Part shown: positions 1 through 7,904 of the stretch, piece after piece
Layout of the letters: each line of letters opens with the position of its first letter
How positions within the stretch are numbered: the stretch's first letter is position 1
IMG/VR virus record: IMGVR_UViG_3300038330_000020
Direction: 5' to 3' (one strand)
DNA length: 41,749 nt
Origin: a virus
The notes under the pieces: generated by a model
Seen by the model: the letters and a program-made list of their open reading frames with translations, nothing else
Told to the model about the DNA's origin: nothing
The model's database searches: none
Made by a program: the position numbers and the translations under genes

Positions 1-127
1 GAAACCGGGCCTATTGGGGATTGTAAATTTGAGATAAGGGCGCTGAGTAATGACATCCGCGAACTTCAAAAAACTCGGCAAAAGGTGAAGCAAGAGCTGA
101 GATCATTACAAGCGAAGAAAAAGAAGA
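1..127. repeat. Terminal direct repeat, left copy (identical to 41623..41749)
   Basis: Letter-for-letter identity of 1-127 with 41623-41749. A small ORF starting at 41599 continues in frame to a stop at 130-132. Confidence 0.95.
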
Positions 128-144
128 AATGAGCAAGCCCGCCG

Positions 145-312
145 ATGAAGGTTTTTAATGATGATAATTTCAAGAGTGGTCAGTTTTTATTTCGTGATTG
201 CGAGCATGTTCGATCGCTTTGGATATGCGAGCACTGCGTCAAGGTAGAGATTGAACGGCTTAAAAAAGAAATTGCCGACCTAAAGATTAAGCTAGGGTAC
301 GTGAACGCATAA
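145..312 (+). CDS. hypothetical small protein (55 aa), ends LGYVNA
   Basis: ATG at 145 and TAA at 310-312, below the ORF-track size cutoff. The last 20 nt duplicate the end of the ORF at 41432..41602. The stop overlaps the next ATG (TAATG). Confidence 0.4.
   Translation: MKVFNDDNFKSGQFLFRDCEHVRSLWICEHCVKVEIERLKKEIADLKIKLGYVNA
291..310. repeat. 20-bp boundary direct repeat GCTAGGGTACGTGAACGCAT (partner 41581..41600)
   Basis: Exact 20-mer found twice, each time covering the last codons of an ORF. Confidence 0.9.
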
Positions 313-443
313 TGACAGGCTTGGCACGCGTAGCGAAGTATTACGGTGGTATTGTCATCAACGGGCAGCGCTTTGTTTGGGACTACAAAAGAGGCAAGCC
401 CGTGCCGGTTCCTAAAAAGAAAGTTAAGAAGGCGAAGCGATGA
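312..443 (+). CDS. hypothetical small basic protein (43 aa)
   Basis: ATG at 312 overlaps the upstream stop. Its TGA at 441-443 overlaps the next ATG at 440 (ATGA coupling). The C-terminus is lysine-rich. Confidence 0.35.
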   Translation: MTGLARVAKYYGGIVINGQRFVWDYKRGKPVPVPKKKVKKAKR

Positions 444-469
444 CCCGACCCGCCGAAATAATCAAGTTT
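440..469. repeat. 30-bp boundary direct repeat ATGACCCGACCCGCCGAAATAATCAAGTTT (partner 676..705)
   Basis: Exact 30-mer at the start codons of two adjacent ORFs. Both proteins begin MTRPAEIIKF. Confidence 0.95.
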
Positions 470-679
470 GTTCGAGCTGAGTTAAAGAAACGCGGGTTTG
501 ACGTGCGCGTGACTTGCACCGCGGCGCAATGGCCCGGCGTGTATTTTGTAACGGTTTGGTTTATGTACGCTTGGGCCGGCGTTGTGTGGAGTGACGAAAC
601 TTTTCCTACTCAATCCATAAACTTGCTTGAAAATTCCTTGAACCGTTTTATTGCGCGAATATGGGATGATGCAGCATGA
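440..679 (+). CDS. hypothetical protein (79 aa), repeat-flanked cassette ORF
   Basis: ORF-track ORF whose first 10 codons are identical to the portal gene start. Its stop overlaps the portal ATG (ATGA). Confidence 0.55.
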   Translation: MTRPAEIIKFVRAELKKRGFDVRVTCTAAQWPGVYFVTVWFMYAWAGVVWSDETFPTQSINLLENSLNRFIARIWDDAA

Positions 680-705
680 CCCGACCCGCCGAAATAATCA
701 AGTTT
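676..705. repeat. 30-bp boundary direct repeat, second copy (partner 440..469)
   Basis: Exact identity to 440-469. Confidence 0.95.
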
Positions 706-2331
706 CATGCAACGCTGAAAGGCCGGCGCTACAACTTTGACAACACCGCGCAGGAAATTATCGATCATATCGATCCGCATCACCACGATGTGACCACGGA
801 ACGCAGCCCAGGCGAGCGCAAGAACGAAAGACAATTTGACGGGACCGCGCTGTATGCGTCACAGATATTCGCCGATTTCTACCAAGGGAGTGTTTTTAAT
901 CAGGGGACAAAATGGTTCTCTATCCGCCACCGGGACAACACCATAAACGAGAAGCCAGAGAACGCCACTTGGTTAAACGATACCCGCGACATCGTGTTAC
1001 AGCACATGCGCAACTTCTACGGCCCCGGTGGCCAAGCAATCAACTCGTGGGCGCTATTTGGCAACGGCCCGGTGCTTATCGAGGAAGTACCGGCGCGGAA
1101 GGAGTATCAGTCGCGGCTGAAATACACGTCAATTCCCTGGGGTCAATATGTAATGTGTGAGGGCGAGGACGGGAAGATCGATCAGTTTATCAGGGAATTG
1201 AAACTCCCGGCTAACCAACTCGTGAAGATGTTCGGGGAGAAATGCAGTGAGGATGTACGTAAGGCGAGTGAGAAAGACCCGCTCAAAGAATTTTGTATCC
1301 TGCATTCGATATTACCGCGCGATTTTCAGGCTTATAGCAAGAGCGCAATTAAGACGAGCAAAGAATATGATTGGGCTAGTTGCTGGGTTGAAGTAGAGAA
1401 AAAGAACTTACTCAAGGAGTCAGGCTACCGTAAATTCCCTGTAGCCGTGGCCCGATATAAACAAATCAGCGGCGAGGTGTATGCCCGAGGCTTAGGTGAA
1501 GTGGCGTTGAGCGATGCCAAGACATCGAACAAGATGCGCGAGCTAGAGTTATTGTGGGGCGGGCGCCAGTTAGACCCGCCTCAGCTCATACGCCGCGGCT
1601 CAATCATCAACGGCATTCTCAACATGCAGGCCAAGGGTAAAACCTTTGTGACCGACATCAACAACGCGGTGAAGCCGTTGATTGAACGGAGCGACCTGCC
1701 AAGCTTCGAGCATCTACACGAAGCGGTTCAACGCCAAGTGATGAGGGTCTTTCATGTCGATGAAATCCTAAACCTGCTCAGTCACGAATCACCGCAGCTC
1801 ACGGCCTTTGAAGTCAACGCGCGCTTAACATTATTACAACAAATTTTAGGGCCTATCTTCGGGCAAAATGATGTGGACTTTTTTGCGGTAACGATAGACG
1901 TGACGCTAGACAACCTCGCACACATGAATCTACTGGAACAGGCGCCGGACGACATAGCCATGTCAGGCGATGAGGACGCGCTTAATTTTGTCTATGAAGG
2001 GCCGTTAGCCAGGGCACAGCGCAATCAAGAGCTAGTCAACATTCAACAGAGCATAGCCGACGTGACAGGCATCCAGCCGTTCTATCCCGAAGTCGTCAAG
2101 CTGGTTGATTGGGAGAAGCTCACACGGCGTGCCTGGGAGATCCGCGGCACCAACGATCTACTTGTGAGTGAGGCGGATTACTTAAAGGCCGTGAACGAAT
2201 TGATTGCGCAGGCCAACGCGGAAAAAGCGGCGCAACTCATTGGCGGCGGCGCGCAGGCACTAGGGCAAGTGGCGCCGTTTATCAAGGCGACCCGCGAAGG
2301 CGCGACACCGGGCGGACAGTTGGCGGCATGA
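676..2331 (+). CDS. portal (head-to-tail connector) protein, podovirus/T7 gp8-like
   Basis: 551 aa and the first large gene after the terminase on the circular map, followed by scaffold and capsid genes. The N-terminal region (FDGTALYASQ...GTKWFSIRH) resembles head-tail connector family proteins. Confidence 0.75.
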   Translation: MTRPAEIIKFHATLKGRRYNFDNTAQEIIDHIDPHHHDVTTERSPGERKNERQFDGTALYASQIFADFYQGSVFNQGTKWFSIRHRDNTINEKPENATWLNDTRDIVLQHMRNFYGPGGQAINSWALFGNGPVLIEEVPARKEYQSRLKYTSIPWGQYVMCEGEDGKIDQFIRELKLPANQLVKMFGEKCSEDVRKASEKDPLKEFCILHSILPRDFQAYSKSAIKTSKEYDWASCWVEVEKKNLLKESGYRKFPVAVARYKQISGEVYARGLGEVALSDAKTSNKMRELELLWGGRQLDPPQLIRRGSIINGILNMQAKGKTFVTDINNAVKPLIERSDLPSFEHLHEAVQRQVMRVFHVDEILNLLSHESPQLTAFEVNARLTLLQQILGPIFGQNDVDFFAVTIDVTLDNLAHMNLLEQAPDDIAMSGDEDALNFVYEGPLARAQRNQELVNIQQSIADVTGIQPFYPEVVKLVDWEKLTRRAWEIRGTNDLLVSEADYLKAVNELIAQANAEKAAQLIGGGAQALGQVAPFIKATREGATPGGQLAA

Positions 2332-2540
2332 CATCAACAGAGATAATTGAAACAGTGAGAGCGTTAAGGGCCAAGTATGGCGAAACGCCGACACAGGTGA
2401 CGGTGAATAGTAAAGATTGGAATACGCTACGTGAGTCATGTCCTGCGCATTACGCCGCCGCGCCCTTTGAGAGCTTCAACGTGTTTTTGGGCTTGCGCGT
2501 GATTCTTGATGACAGCGTGACAACGCCACAATTTAAATAA
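2328..2540 (+). CDS. hypothetical protein
   Basis: 70-aa ORF with ATGA overlap to the portal stop, in the head module. Confidence 0.5.
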   Translation: MTSTEIIETVRALRAKYGETPTQVTVNSKDWNTLRESCPAHYAAAPFESFNVFLGLRVILDDSVTTPQFK

Positions 2541-2786
2541 ATGACCAAGCCTAAACACCCCCGACCGCGGTACGTACAGACCGATGAGAAATGGAACACG
2601 ATCGTTTCACATATTAGAGAGGCGATACCCGTTAACGGCGTTATTTGGAACTGGTTGACGATGGAACGATTAGAAAACAATTTGGGCAAGGATGAGCACG
2701 ACCGCGGCTTGATTGAAGGCGCAAGGCGCTTTGCTTGCACGCTTCAAGAAATGTCAGCCACTAAAGACGAACCGGAGACAGAGTAA
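2541..2786 (+). CDS. hypothetical protein
   Basis: 81-aa ORF abutting the upstream stop, in the head module. Confidence 0.5.
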   Translation: MTKPKHPRPRYVQTDEKWNTIVSHIREAIPVNGVIWNWLTMERLENNLGKDEHDRGLIEGARRFACTLQEMSATKDEPETE

Positions 2787-3665
2787 ATGCCACTACCTGA
2801 AGAACACGCGGCGCTTTTGCCGGAGGATATTCGCTCCGACCCGACGTTACAGAATTACAACGACTTCGGGAGCATGGCTAAAAGTTTTATTGAAACTAAG
2901 GCCATGGTAGGCCGATCGATTCAGTTACCGGCCAAGGACGGCAAGCCCGAAGACTTCGACAAATGGGCAGGCGAAACCGGCGCAAAGTTAAAGGACTACG
3001 GTTACACCGTTGCTAAACCTAACGAACCACCGCCGGAAAAGCCCGACGCCTATGATTTTAAGGTGGAAGGGTTTGACCCGCAGGCGATCAAATCTGACAT
3101 TGTCGCCAACTCGTTTAAAGAGTTTGCGCATGGGGAAAAGTTGAGCCAAGCCCAGGCAAACAGGTTTGTTGAGTGGTGGGCCAAGAAGGGCGCGCCGGCA
3201 GTCATGGCGAAGATGGACGAAGCGCAGGCGGCTCAACAAATTGAAATGATCGAGCAGCCCGAGCAGCGGGATAAAATCCTCGGCGAAGTATTCCAAGGCG
3301 CGCACAAGCAGGCATTGGAGCTGCGCGACAATACGATCACGACACTTAAGGCCGAGATACCTGAGCTTGAGGACTTCTTGACCGGCACCGCACCCTACGG
3401 CGCGCCATGGATGACGAACCGCGATCACCCGGCCATGGTGAAGCTATTAAACTTCGTTGGCGAAATGAAGCAGCAAGATTTCGGCGGGCACGTTACCGGC
3501 TTGACCGCGGCTGATACCATGGACAGCGTTGACGACGAGATCAGCAAGCTGCGCGCCGAATCGAACGCAACCAGCGACCAGCGTGAACGGAACCGTATTG
3601 GCGACAAGATCACGCAGCTTTATCTTAAAAAGACCGCGTTGATGAAGATGAAAAAGGCAAGCTGA
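2787..3665 (+). CDS. putative scaffolding (capsid assembly) protein
   Basis: 292 aa, lying between portal and capsid genes. It is charged and helical, and the N-terminal LPEDIRSDPTLQNY..SMAKSFIET motif is typical of phage scaffold proteins. Confidence 0.6.
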   Translation: MPLPEEHAALLPEDIRSDPTLQNYNDFGSMAKSFIETKAMVGRSIQLPAKDGKPEDFDKWAGETGAKLKDYGYTVAKPNEPPPEKPDAYDFKVEGFDPQAIKSDIVANSFKEFAHGEKLSQAQANRFVEWWAKKGAPAVMAKMDEAQAAQQIEMIEQPEQRDKILGEVFQGAHKQALELRDNTITTLKAEIPELEDFLTGTAPYGAPWMTNRDHPAMVKLLNFVGEMKQQDFGGHVTGLTAADTMDSVDDEISKLRAESNATSDQRERNRIGDKITQLYLKKTALMKMKKAS

Positions 3666-3698
3666 GTGCCGCTTCTATGGCACATTAAGGCAATAGGA

Positions 3699-3851
3699 AT
3701 GCCGATGGCAAAGAAAAAAGAAGTAATAGATTTGACCGACAAGGCCGTGGTTGAGCGATTTGAGAAAATAGAGTCACGACTAGACAGCTTAGAGCGCGGA
3801 CAATTACCAAATAAAAAGGAGAAAAATGACGAAGAAGAAAAAAAAGAATAA
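3699..3851 (+). CDS. hypothetical small charged coiled-coil protein
   Basis: In-frame ATG at 3699 inside track ORF 3666..3851. The sequence is K/E-rich. The start codon is uncertain. Confidence 0.3.
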   Translation: MPMAKKKEVIDLTDKAVVERFEKIESRLDSLERGQLPNKKEKNDEEEKKE

Positions 3852-4009
3852 GCCGAAATATTGAGCCTTACTGGAAGCGCATCACGGGCCAGCGGTGTGC
3901 TTCCTGAAACGCTTAAACGCGATTCACTCCCGACTATCCGGCACGTGGACCGGGAGTTAATCAAAGTGCCATCTAGCCGATGTAAAGGCTAGGTCGGACC
4001 CGCCTTAGC

Positions 4010-4072
4010 GGACTATCCACCGAAAGAGTGCGGCGCTCATCGCCGTTTATCAATCATTTCGGAGGATAGTCC
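4010..4072 (+). promoter_or_regulatory. Long hairpin sequestering the capsid-gene Shine-Dalgarno
   Basis: GGACTATCC-A-CCGAAA (4010-4025) is the reverse complement of TTTCGG-A-GGATAGTCC (4057-4072). The 3' arm contains the SD GGAGGA (4061-4066) and ends 1 nt before the GTG at 4074. Confidence 0.6.
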
Positions 4073-4073
4073 A

Positions 4074-4946
4074 GTGGCATTTACAATAGAACAACATCAC
4101 GTCATCAAGTACGCCGACGACGTACAGATGGCGTATCAGCAAGACGCATCGCGCATGCGTAATTGTGTTGAGCTGAAAACCGGCATCGTCGGTAAATCCT
4201 TTTCTACTAACGACATCGACATCGTTGAGGCCGTCACTAAAGACAGCCGTCACGAGCAGCATAGTCATCAAGACCCCGAGCACAAGGTGCGATGGGGCAA
4301 TCTCACCTATTATTACAACTCGATCATGATGGACCGCGACGACGACGCGAGAGTGTTGGCCGATCCAAAGAACAGCTATGTGATGACCAACGCCGCCAGT
4401 CTTGGCCGGCGCGCCGATCGCACCATCATTAGCGCGCTACTCGGCACCGCGGTTACTCTCGAAGATCGCACCGGAACGCAGGCGTTACCTACCGCGCAGA
4501 AAGTGACCGGCTCAACCTCGGCGCTAACCAAAGCGAAGATTCTAACGGCTAAACGCCTGTTGGATGCAGCTGAAGTGCCGGACGGTGACAGGTACTTCGC
4601 TATCAGCGCGCAGGGACTTGAGGACATGCTGGCAATTACGGAAGTCATCTCAAGCGATTACAACACCGTCAAGGCGCTCGTTGACGGGCAAATCAACACT
4701 TGGCTTGGTTTCAAGTGGGTGAGAACCGAACTGTTACCCATCGGCGTTGTGACCACATTAGTCCGTCAGGCTATCGCGTGGCACAAGTCGGCGCTGGTAT
4801 TTGGCGAAACCACGGCCAGCCAATATACCCGCATCAAGCAGAGAACAGACATGCACGATGCATGGGAGACTTACGCGGCGATCGACATCGGCGCGGTGCG
4901 CAAGCGGGACAAAGGTGTGGTTGAGGTTCATTACCTCGAAACTTAA
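4074..4946 (+). CDS. major capsid protein
   Basis: 290 aa, positioned after the scaffold gene, with a strong SD and a GTG start. Sequence pattern (SRMRN..ELKTG..GKSF; DPKNSYV..AASLGRRADRTIISALLG) resembles podovirus major capsid proteins. Confidence 0.7.
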   Translation: MAFTIEQHHVIKYADDVQMAYQQDASRMRNCVELKTGIVGKSFSTNDIDIVEAVTKDSRHEQHSHQDPEHKVRWGNLTYYYNSIMMDRDDDARVLADPKNSYVMTNAASLGRRADRTIISALLGTAVTLEDRTGTQALPTAQKVTGSTSALTKAKILTAKRLLDAAEVPDGDRYFAISAQGLEDMLAITEVISSDYNTVKALVDGQINTWLGFKWVRTELLPIGVVTTLVRQAIAWHKSALVFGETTASQYTRIKQRTDMHDAWETYAAIDIGAVRKRDKGVVEVHYLET

Positions 4947-4987
4947 TTAACGGGCTAGGATTTTAACCGAAACGGAGTAAACAAATC

Positions 4988-5470
4988 ATGGCAGTTGAAG
5001 CACTTAAAAGTAGACAAATCATAGCGCGCGACGCAGGCGTGCTTGTGCCTTCCTATCTTGGCAAGGGCCAGTGTTTTTTCCTTCGCTCTAGCCCGCCGGT
5101 TGCCGGCAGCTACGGCAGCGGCGACGCTAACAGCACGATCCATTTAGTGACCGTGCCGCCGGGGAAGTTCATGTTAATCGGTCCTCTTTCATTCGTGGCG
5201 CATTCCGCCTTCGGCACCGCGCGCACGATGGACATCGGATGGGCGGCTTACACCAACGAGGACGGGACGGCGGTGGGCGCCGACGAGGACGGCATCCATA
5301 GTGCCGCCGACGTGGCCGCGGCCGGCGCATTCGTGCCGCTCGATGAGCTGGGCGTTAGTCGGATGAAGCTATTCGACAGCAGAAACGGCGTTGACATTCT
5401 CGCCAAGATCGAAGCGGCAGCGCTATCGACAGGTGAGACCATCGACGCAATTTTCTGTTTTCAAGAATAA
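4988..5470 (+). CDS. hypothetical virion-associated protein (possible capsid decoration or accessory)
   Basis: 160-aa ORF directly after the capsid gene. No recognisable motif. Confidence 0.4.
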   Translation: MAVEALKSRQIIARDAGVLVPSYLGKGQCFFLRSSPPVAGSYGSGDANSTIHLVTVPPGKFMLIGPLSFVAHSAFGTARTMDIGWAAYTNEDGTAVGADEDGIHSAADVAAAGAFVPLDELGVSRMKLFDSRNGVDILAKIEAAALSTGETIDAIFCFQE

Positions 5471-6061
5471 ATGTGGGAATACCGAGGAATAAAGGGCGGG
5501 GGTGATTCCCCGTCCTACCTTGGCAAATTCAAGGGGAATCTCATCATCATCGGCGGCGCGCGTAATGTCTGGGTCGATTACATGACGCTTACGCACGGCT
5601 TAGGGTTCGACGGCTCAGTCATGGCGGTGAACGACGTTGGGTGCTTCTTTGACCGACCGCTCAACCATTGGGTGTCAATGCACGCTAATTTTCTAGCTCA
5701 TTGGGTGGCGCTCAGAAAAGGTCATTCGATGCTCGGGCATGAGTGCTTGACGCATACCCGCGAGTCTTACCCAGGGATTCGCGTGGCGTGGGAGATTAGT
5801 CCATACGGCTGGACTAGCGGCATGTTTGCGGCACAGGTGGGCGTCGCCCTCGGGTACGACAAGGTCGTTCTTTGCGGCTTGCCACAGGACGGAACGGGCC
5901 GGTTCTTTGACCCGCCATGGATGCCCGGCGGGGAGCATGACGACGGCAATTCCAAGAAGGCATTTAGGAACATCGTTGAGCAGACACCAGAAATGAAGGC
6001 GCGAGTCAGGTCCATGAGCGGGTGGACCAAGGAGTTATTTGGTGAGCCTGGAACAAGCTGA
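5471..6061 (+). CDS. Rossmann-like protein, possibly DUF115/MptE(Maf)-like transferase
   Basis: LIIIGGARNVW near the N-terminus and SGMFAAQVGVALGYDKVVLCGLP later resemble the MptE/DUF115 layout. The assignment is weak. Confidence 0.3.
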   Translation: MWEYRGIKGGGDSPSYLGKFKGNLIIIGGARNVWVDYMTLTHGLGFDGSVMAVNDVGCFFDRPLNHWVSMHANFLAHWVALRKGHSMLGHECLTHTRESYPGIRVAWEISPYGWTSGMFAAQVGVALGYDKVVLCGLPQDGTGRFFDPPWMPGGEHDDGNSKKAFRNIVEQTPEMKARVRSMSGWTKELFGEPGTS

Positions 6062-6590
6062 GCACGACAAATACGCGCGCATATGGCAGCACGCGGACTA
6101 CCGCAAGAACTCGCCTGGTGAGCGGCTTGTACCTTATTTTGTAAAGCATGTGCCAGCCGAGAAAGGCGACTCGATTATAGACATCGGTTGCGGCACCGGG
6201 AGAGCAGGGGCGGAACTGCAACGCCAGGGGTTTAAGGTTTGTCTTTACGATCACGTTCACGCGGTGGAGGTTGGGTTGCCGTTTATCTTGGGCAACCTGT
6301 GGCTAACACCGCCAATCTTCGGCCAGTTCGACTGGTTTTATTGCTGCGATGTGATGGAACACATACCGACCGAAAAGGTTGATTTAACCCTCGACAATCT
6401 TGCGCAGCTCGCAACCAAGGGCGGGTTTTTTCAAATCGCTTTGTTTCCCGATGAATGGTACGGCGAACAACTCCACATGACAGTCAAGAGTCAAGGCTGG
6501 TGGGTTGATAAGTTGCTTGCGCGTTGGCCGAAGGTAACAACCGACACACCGGAAAAGGGCCGCTTTGTGGCGACCGTGAGGCCGGCGTGA
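6039..6590 (+). CDS. class I SAM-dependent methyltransferase
   Basis: Motif I IIDIGCGTGRAG, then KVCLYD, then FYCCDVMEHIP. The start is uncertain because it overlaps the upstream gene by 23 nt. Confidence 0.8.
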   Translation: MVSLEQAEHDKYARIWQHADYRKNSPGERLVPYFVKHVPAEKGDSIIDIGCGTGRAGAELQRQGFKVCLYDHVHAVEVGLPFILGNLWLTPPIFGQFDWFYCCDVMEHIPTEKVDLTLDNLAQLATKGGFFQIALFPDEWYGEQLHMTVKSQGWWVDKLLARWPKVTTDTPEKGRFVATVRPA

Positions 6591-7138
6591 CAAAAGTTGT
6601 CTGTTTACTCACCGGCGACAAATACCCGCAGGATTATATCATCAAGCTTTACCGCGGCTTGCAGAAACACACTACGCAACCATTTGATTTCGAGGTAATC
6701 ACGGAAACCAAATACCCCGGCTGGTGGGGGAAAATGGAACAATTCCCGCCAAAAGAAAGAATCATCTTGCTCGACGTGGATTTAGTCATCACCGGCAATG
6801 TGGATTTTCTATTTGAGTATCAAGGGCAGTTTTGTTGCTGGCGCGATCCATGGGCGGATGGGCTCAACGGTTCGGTTCATTCGATCGCGCCGGGATTCGG
6901 TGAATCATTCCGCAAGGTGTTTGACTCCGACCCAGACGCATTTATGCGGCGCTATTACAGCGATCAGGAATTTTTGAGGGATTACACTCTGCCGGATTAT
7001 TGGCCTAGCGATTTAATCAAATCCTACAAGGCGGACAGCTTAGAGGATGGCCCGCGTGATTCTCGCATCGTCGTATTCCACGGCAAGCCTAAACCGCATG
7101 AGATCAAAACCGGATGGGTAGCGGAGGCGTGGCAGTAA
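6587..7138 (+). CDS. putative GT-A fold glycosyltransferase (GT8-like, DxD motif)
   Basis: The GTG at 6587 overlaps the upstream TGA (GTGA). VVCLLTGDKY... and ILLDVDLVITGNVDFLF (DxD) are typical of nucleotide-sugar transferases. Confidence 0.5.
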   Translation: MTKVVCLLTGDKYPQDYIIKLYRGLQKHTTQPFDFEVITETKYPGWWGKMEQFPPKERIILLDVDLVITGNVDFLFEYQGQFCCWRDPWADGLNGSVHSIAPGFGESFRKVFDSDPDAFMRRYYSDQEFLRDYTLPDYWPSDLIKSYKADSLEDGPRDSRIVVFHGKPKPHEIKTGWVAEAWQ

Positions 7139-7743
7139 TGGAAAACCAAAGCGACATAGACTTAGCCAACACCGCGCTTAACCTAGTGGGCTCCGATCGC
7201 ATCGTGTCGCTGGACAACACGGTCAACAGCAAGGTGGTTCAATCGGTCAATCAATTCTTATCACTGGCGAAACAGGAAACCTTGCGCGCGCGTGATTGGA
7301 ACCGCGCAAGAGGCCGGGCGACCCTGGCAGCACTGGACGCCAGCCTAAGCCTAGGCGAGTGGTCGCAAGCGTATCGCTTGCCGCCGGATTGTCTTTGTAT
7401 GCGCCGGTTTATCGGGACTTGTGACGCGGAGAGATTCGCCGCCTACAACGTGGAGATCGACGAGGACGACAAGCAGATCCTTTTCACCAACTGCGGCACG
7501 AACAAGATCGTTTACACGCGCAACATCGTCGACGTTAATCGATGGGACTCGCTGATGTTTCGCGCCGCGGTTCAACTACTGGCGTCTTATCTAGTCGGCC
7601 CGCTCATTCGTGACTTCAAAATGCAACAAATGAAAACCCTGGAATTTAAGGACGCCTTTGAAGAAGCGATAGGGACGAACGAGGGCGAGGGCGGGCCGGA
7701 TCAGGTTTACGACAGTACGCTAGTCAGTGTCAGGCATTGGTGA
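7138..7743 (+). CDS. putative tail tubular protein A / adaptor (T7 gp11 position)
   Basis: The ATG at 7138 overlaps the upstream TAA. It is about 200 aa and lies immediately upstream of the large gp12-like gene. N-terminal motif is DLANTALNLVGSDRIVSLD. Confidence 0.5.
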   Translation: MENQSDIDLANTALNLVGSDRIVSLDNTVNSKVVQSVNQFLSLAKQETLRARDWNRARGRATLAALDASLSLGEWSQAYRLPPDCLCMRRFIGTCDAERFAAYNVEIDEDDKQILFTNCGTNKIVYTRNIVDVNRWDSLMFRAAVQLLASYLVGPLIRDFKMQQMKTLEFKDAFEEAIGTNEGEGGPDQVYDSTLVSVRHW

Positions 7744-7904
7744 GTCAGGCGGCAAGGTGACGAAGCTAAGAGGCTCAAATTTATTATCGTCATTAAGCAC
7801 ATACACACGGCGTTCAGTAGCGAGATAAAGTCGCCCTTTGAATTCAACCATGGTGAGTATATTGAAATGTGCGTTTGCGTATTCCATGAGGCGTTTATAA
7901 CACA

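Noticed and set aside
1-127. The 127-bp terminal repeat as a genuine T7-style direct terminal repeat of the virion DNA.
   Set aside because: The repeat lies inside a small ORF rather than in a non-coding end region, and its length equals a common maximum assembler k-mer. Circular closure or an assembly overlap is more parsimonious. True termini need read-end analysis.
3620-3964. 114-aa minus-strand ORF spanning the scaffold gene end and the capsid leader.
   Set aside because: Its Ser/Phe-rich low-complexity translation is antisense to a K/E-rich coding stretch, and it conflicts with the forward small ORF and the structured leader.
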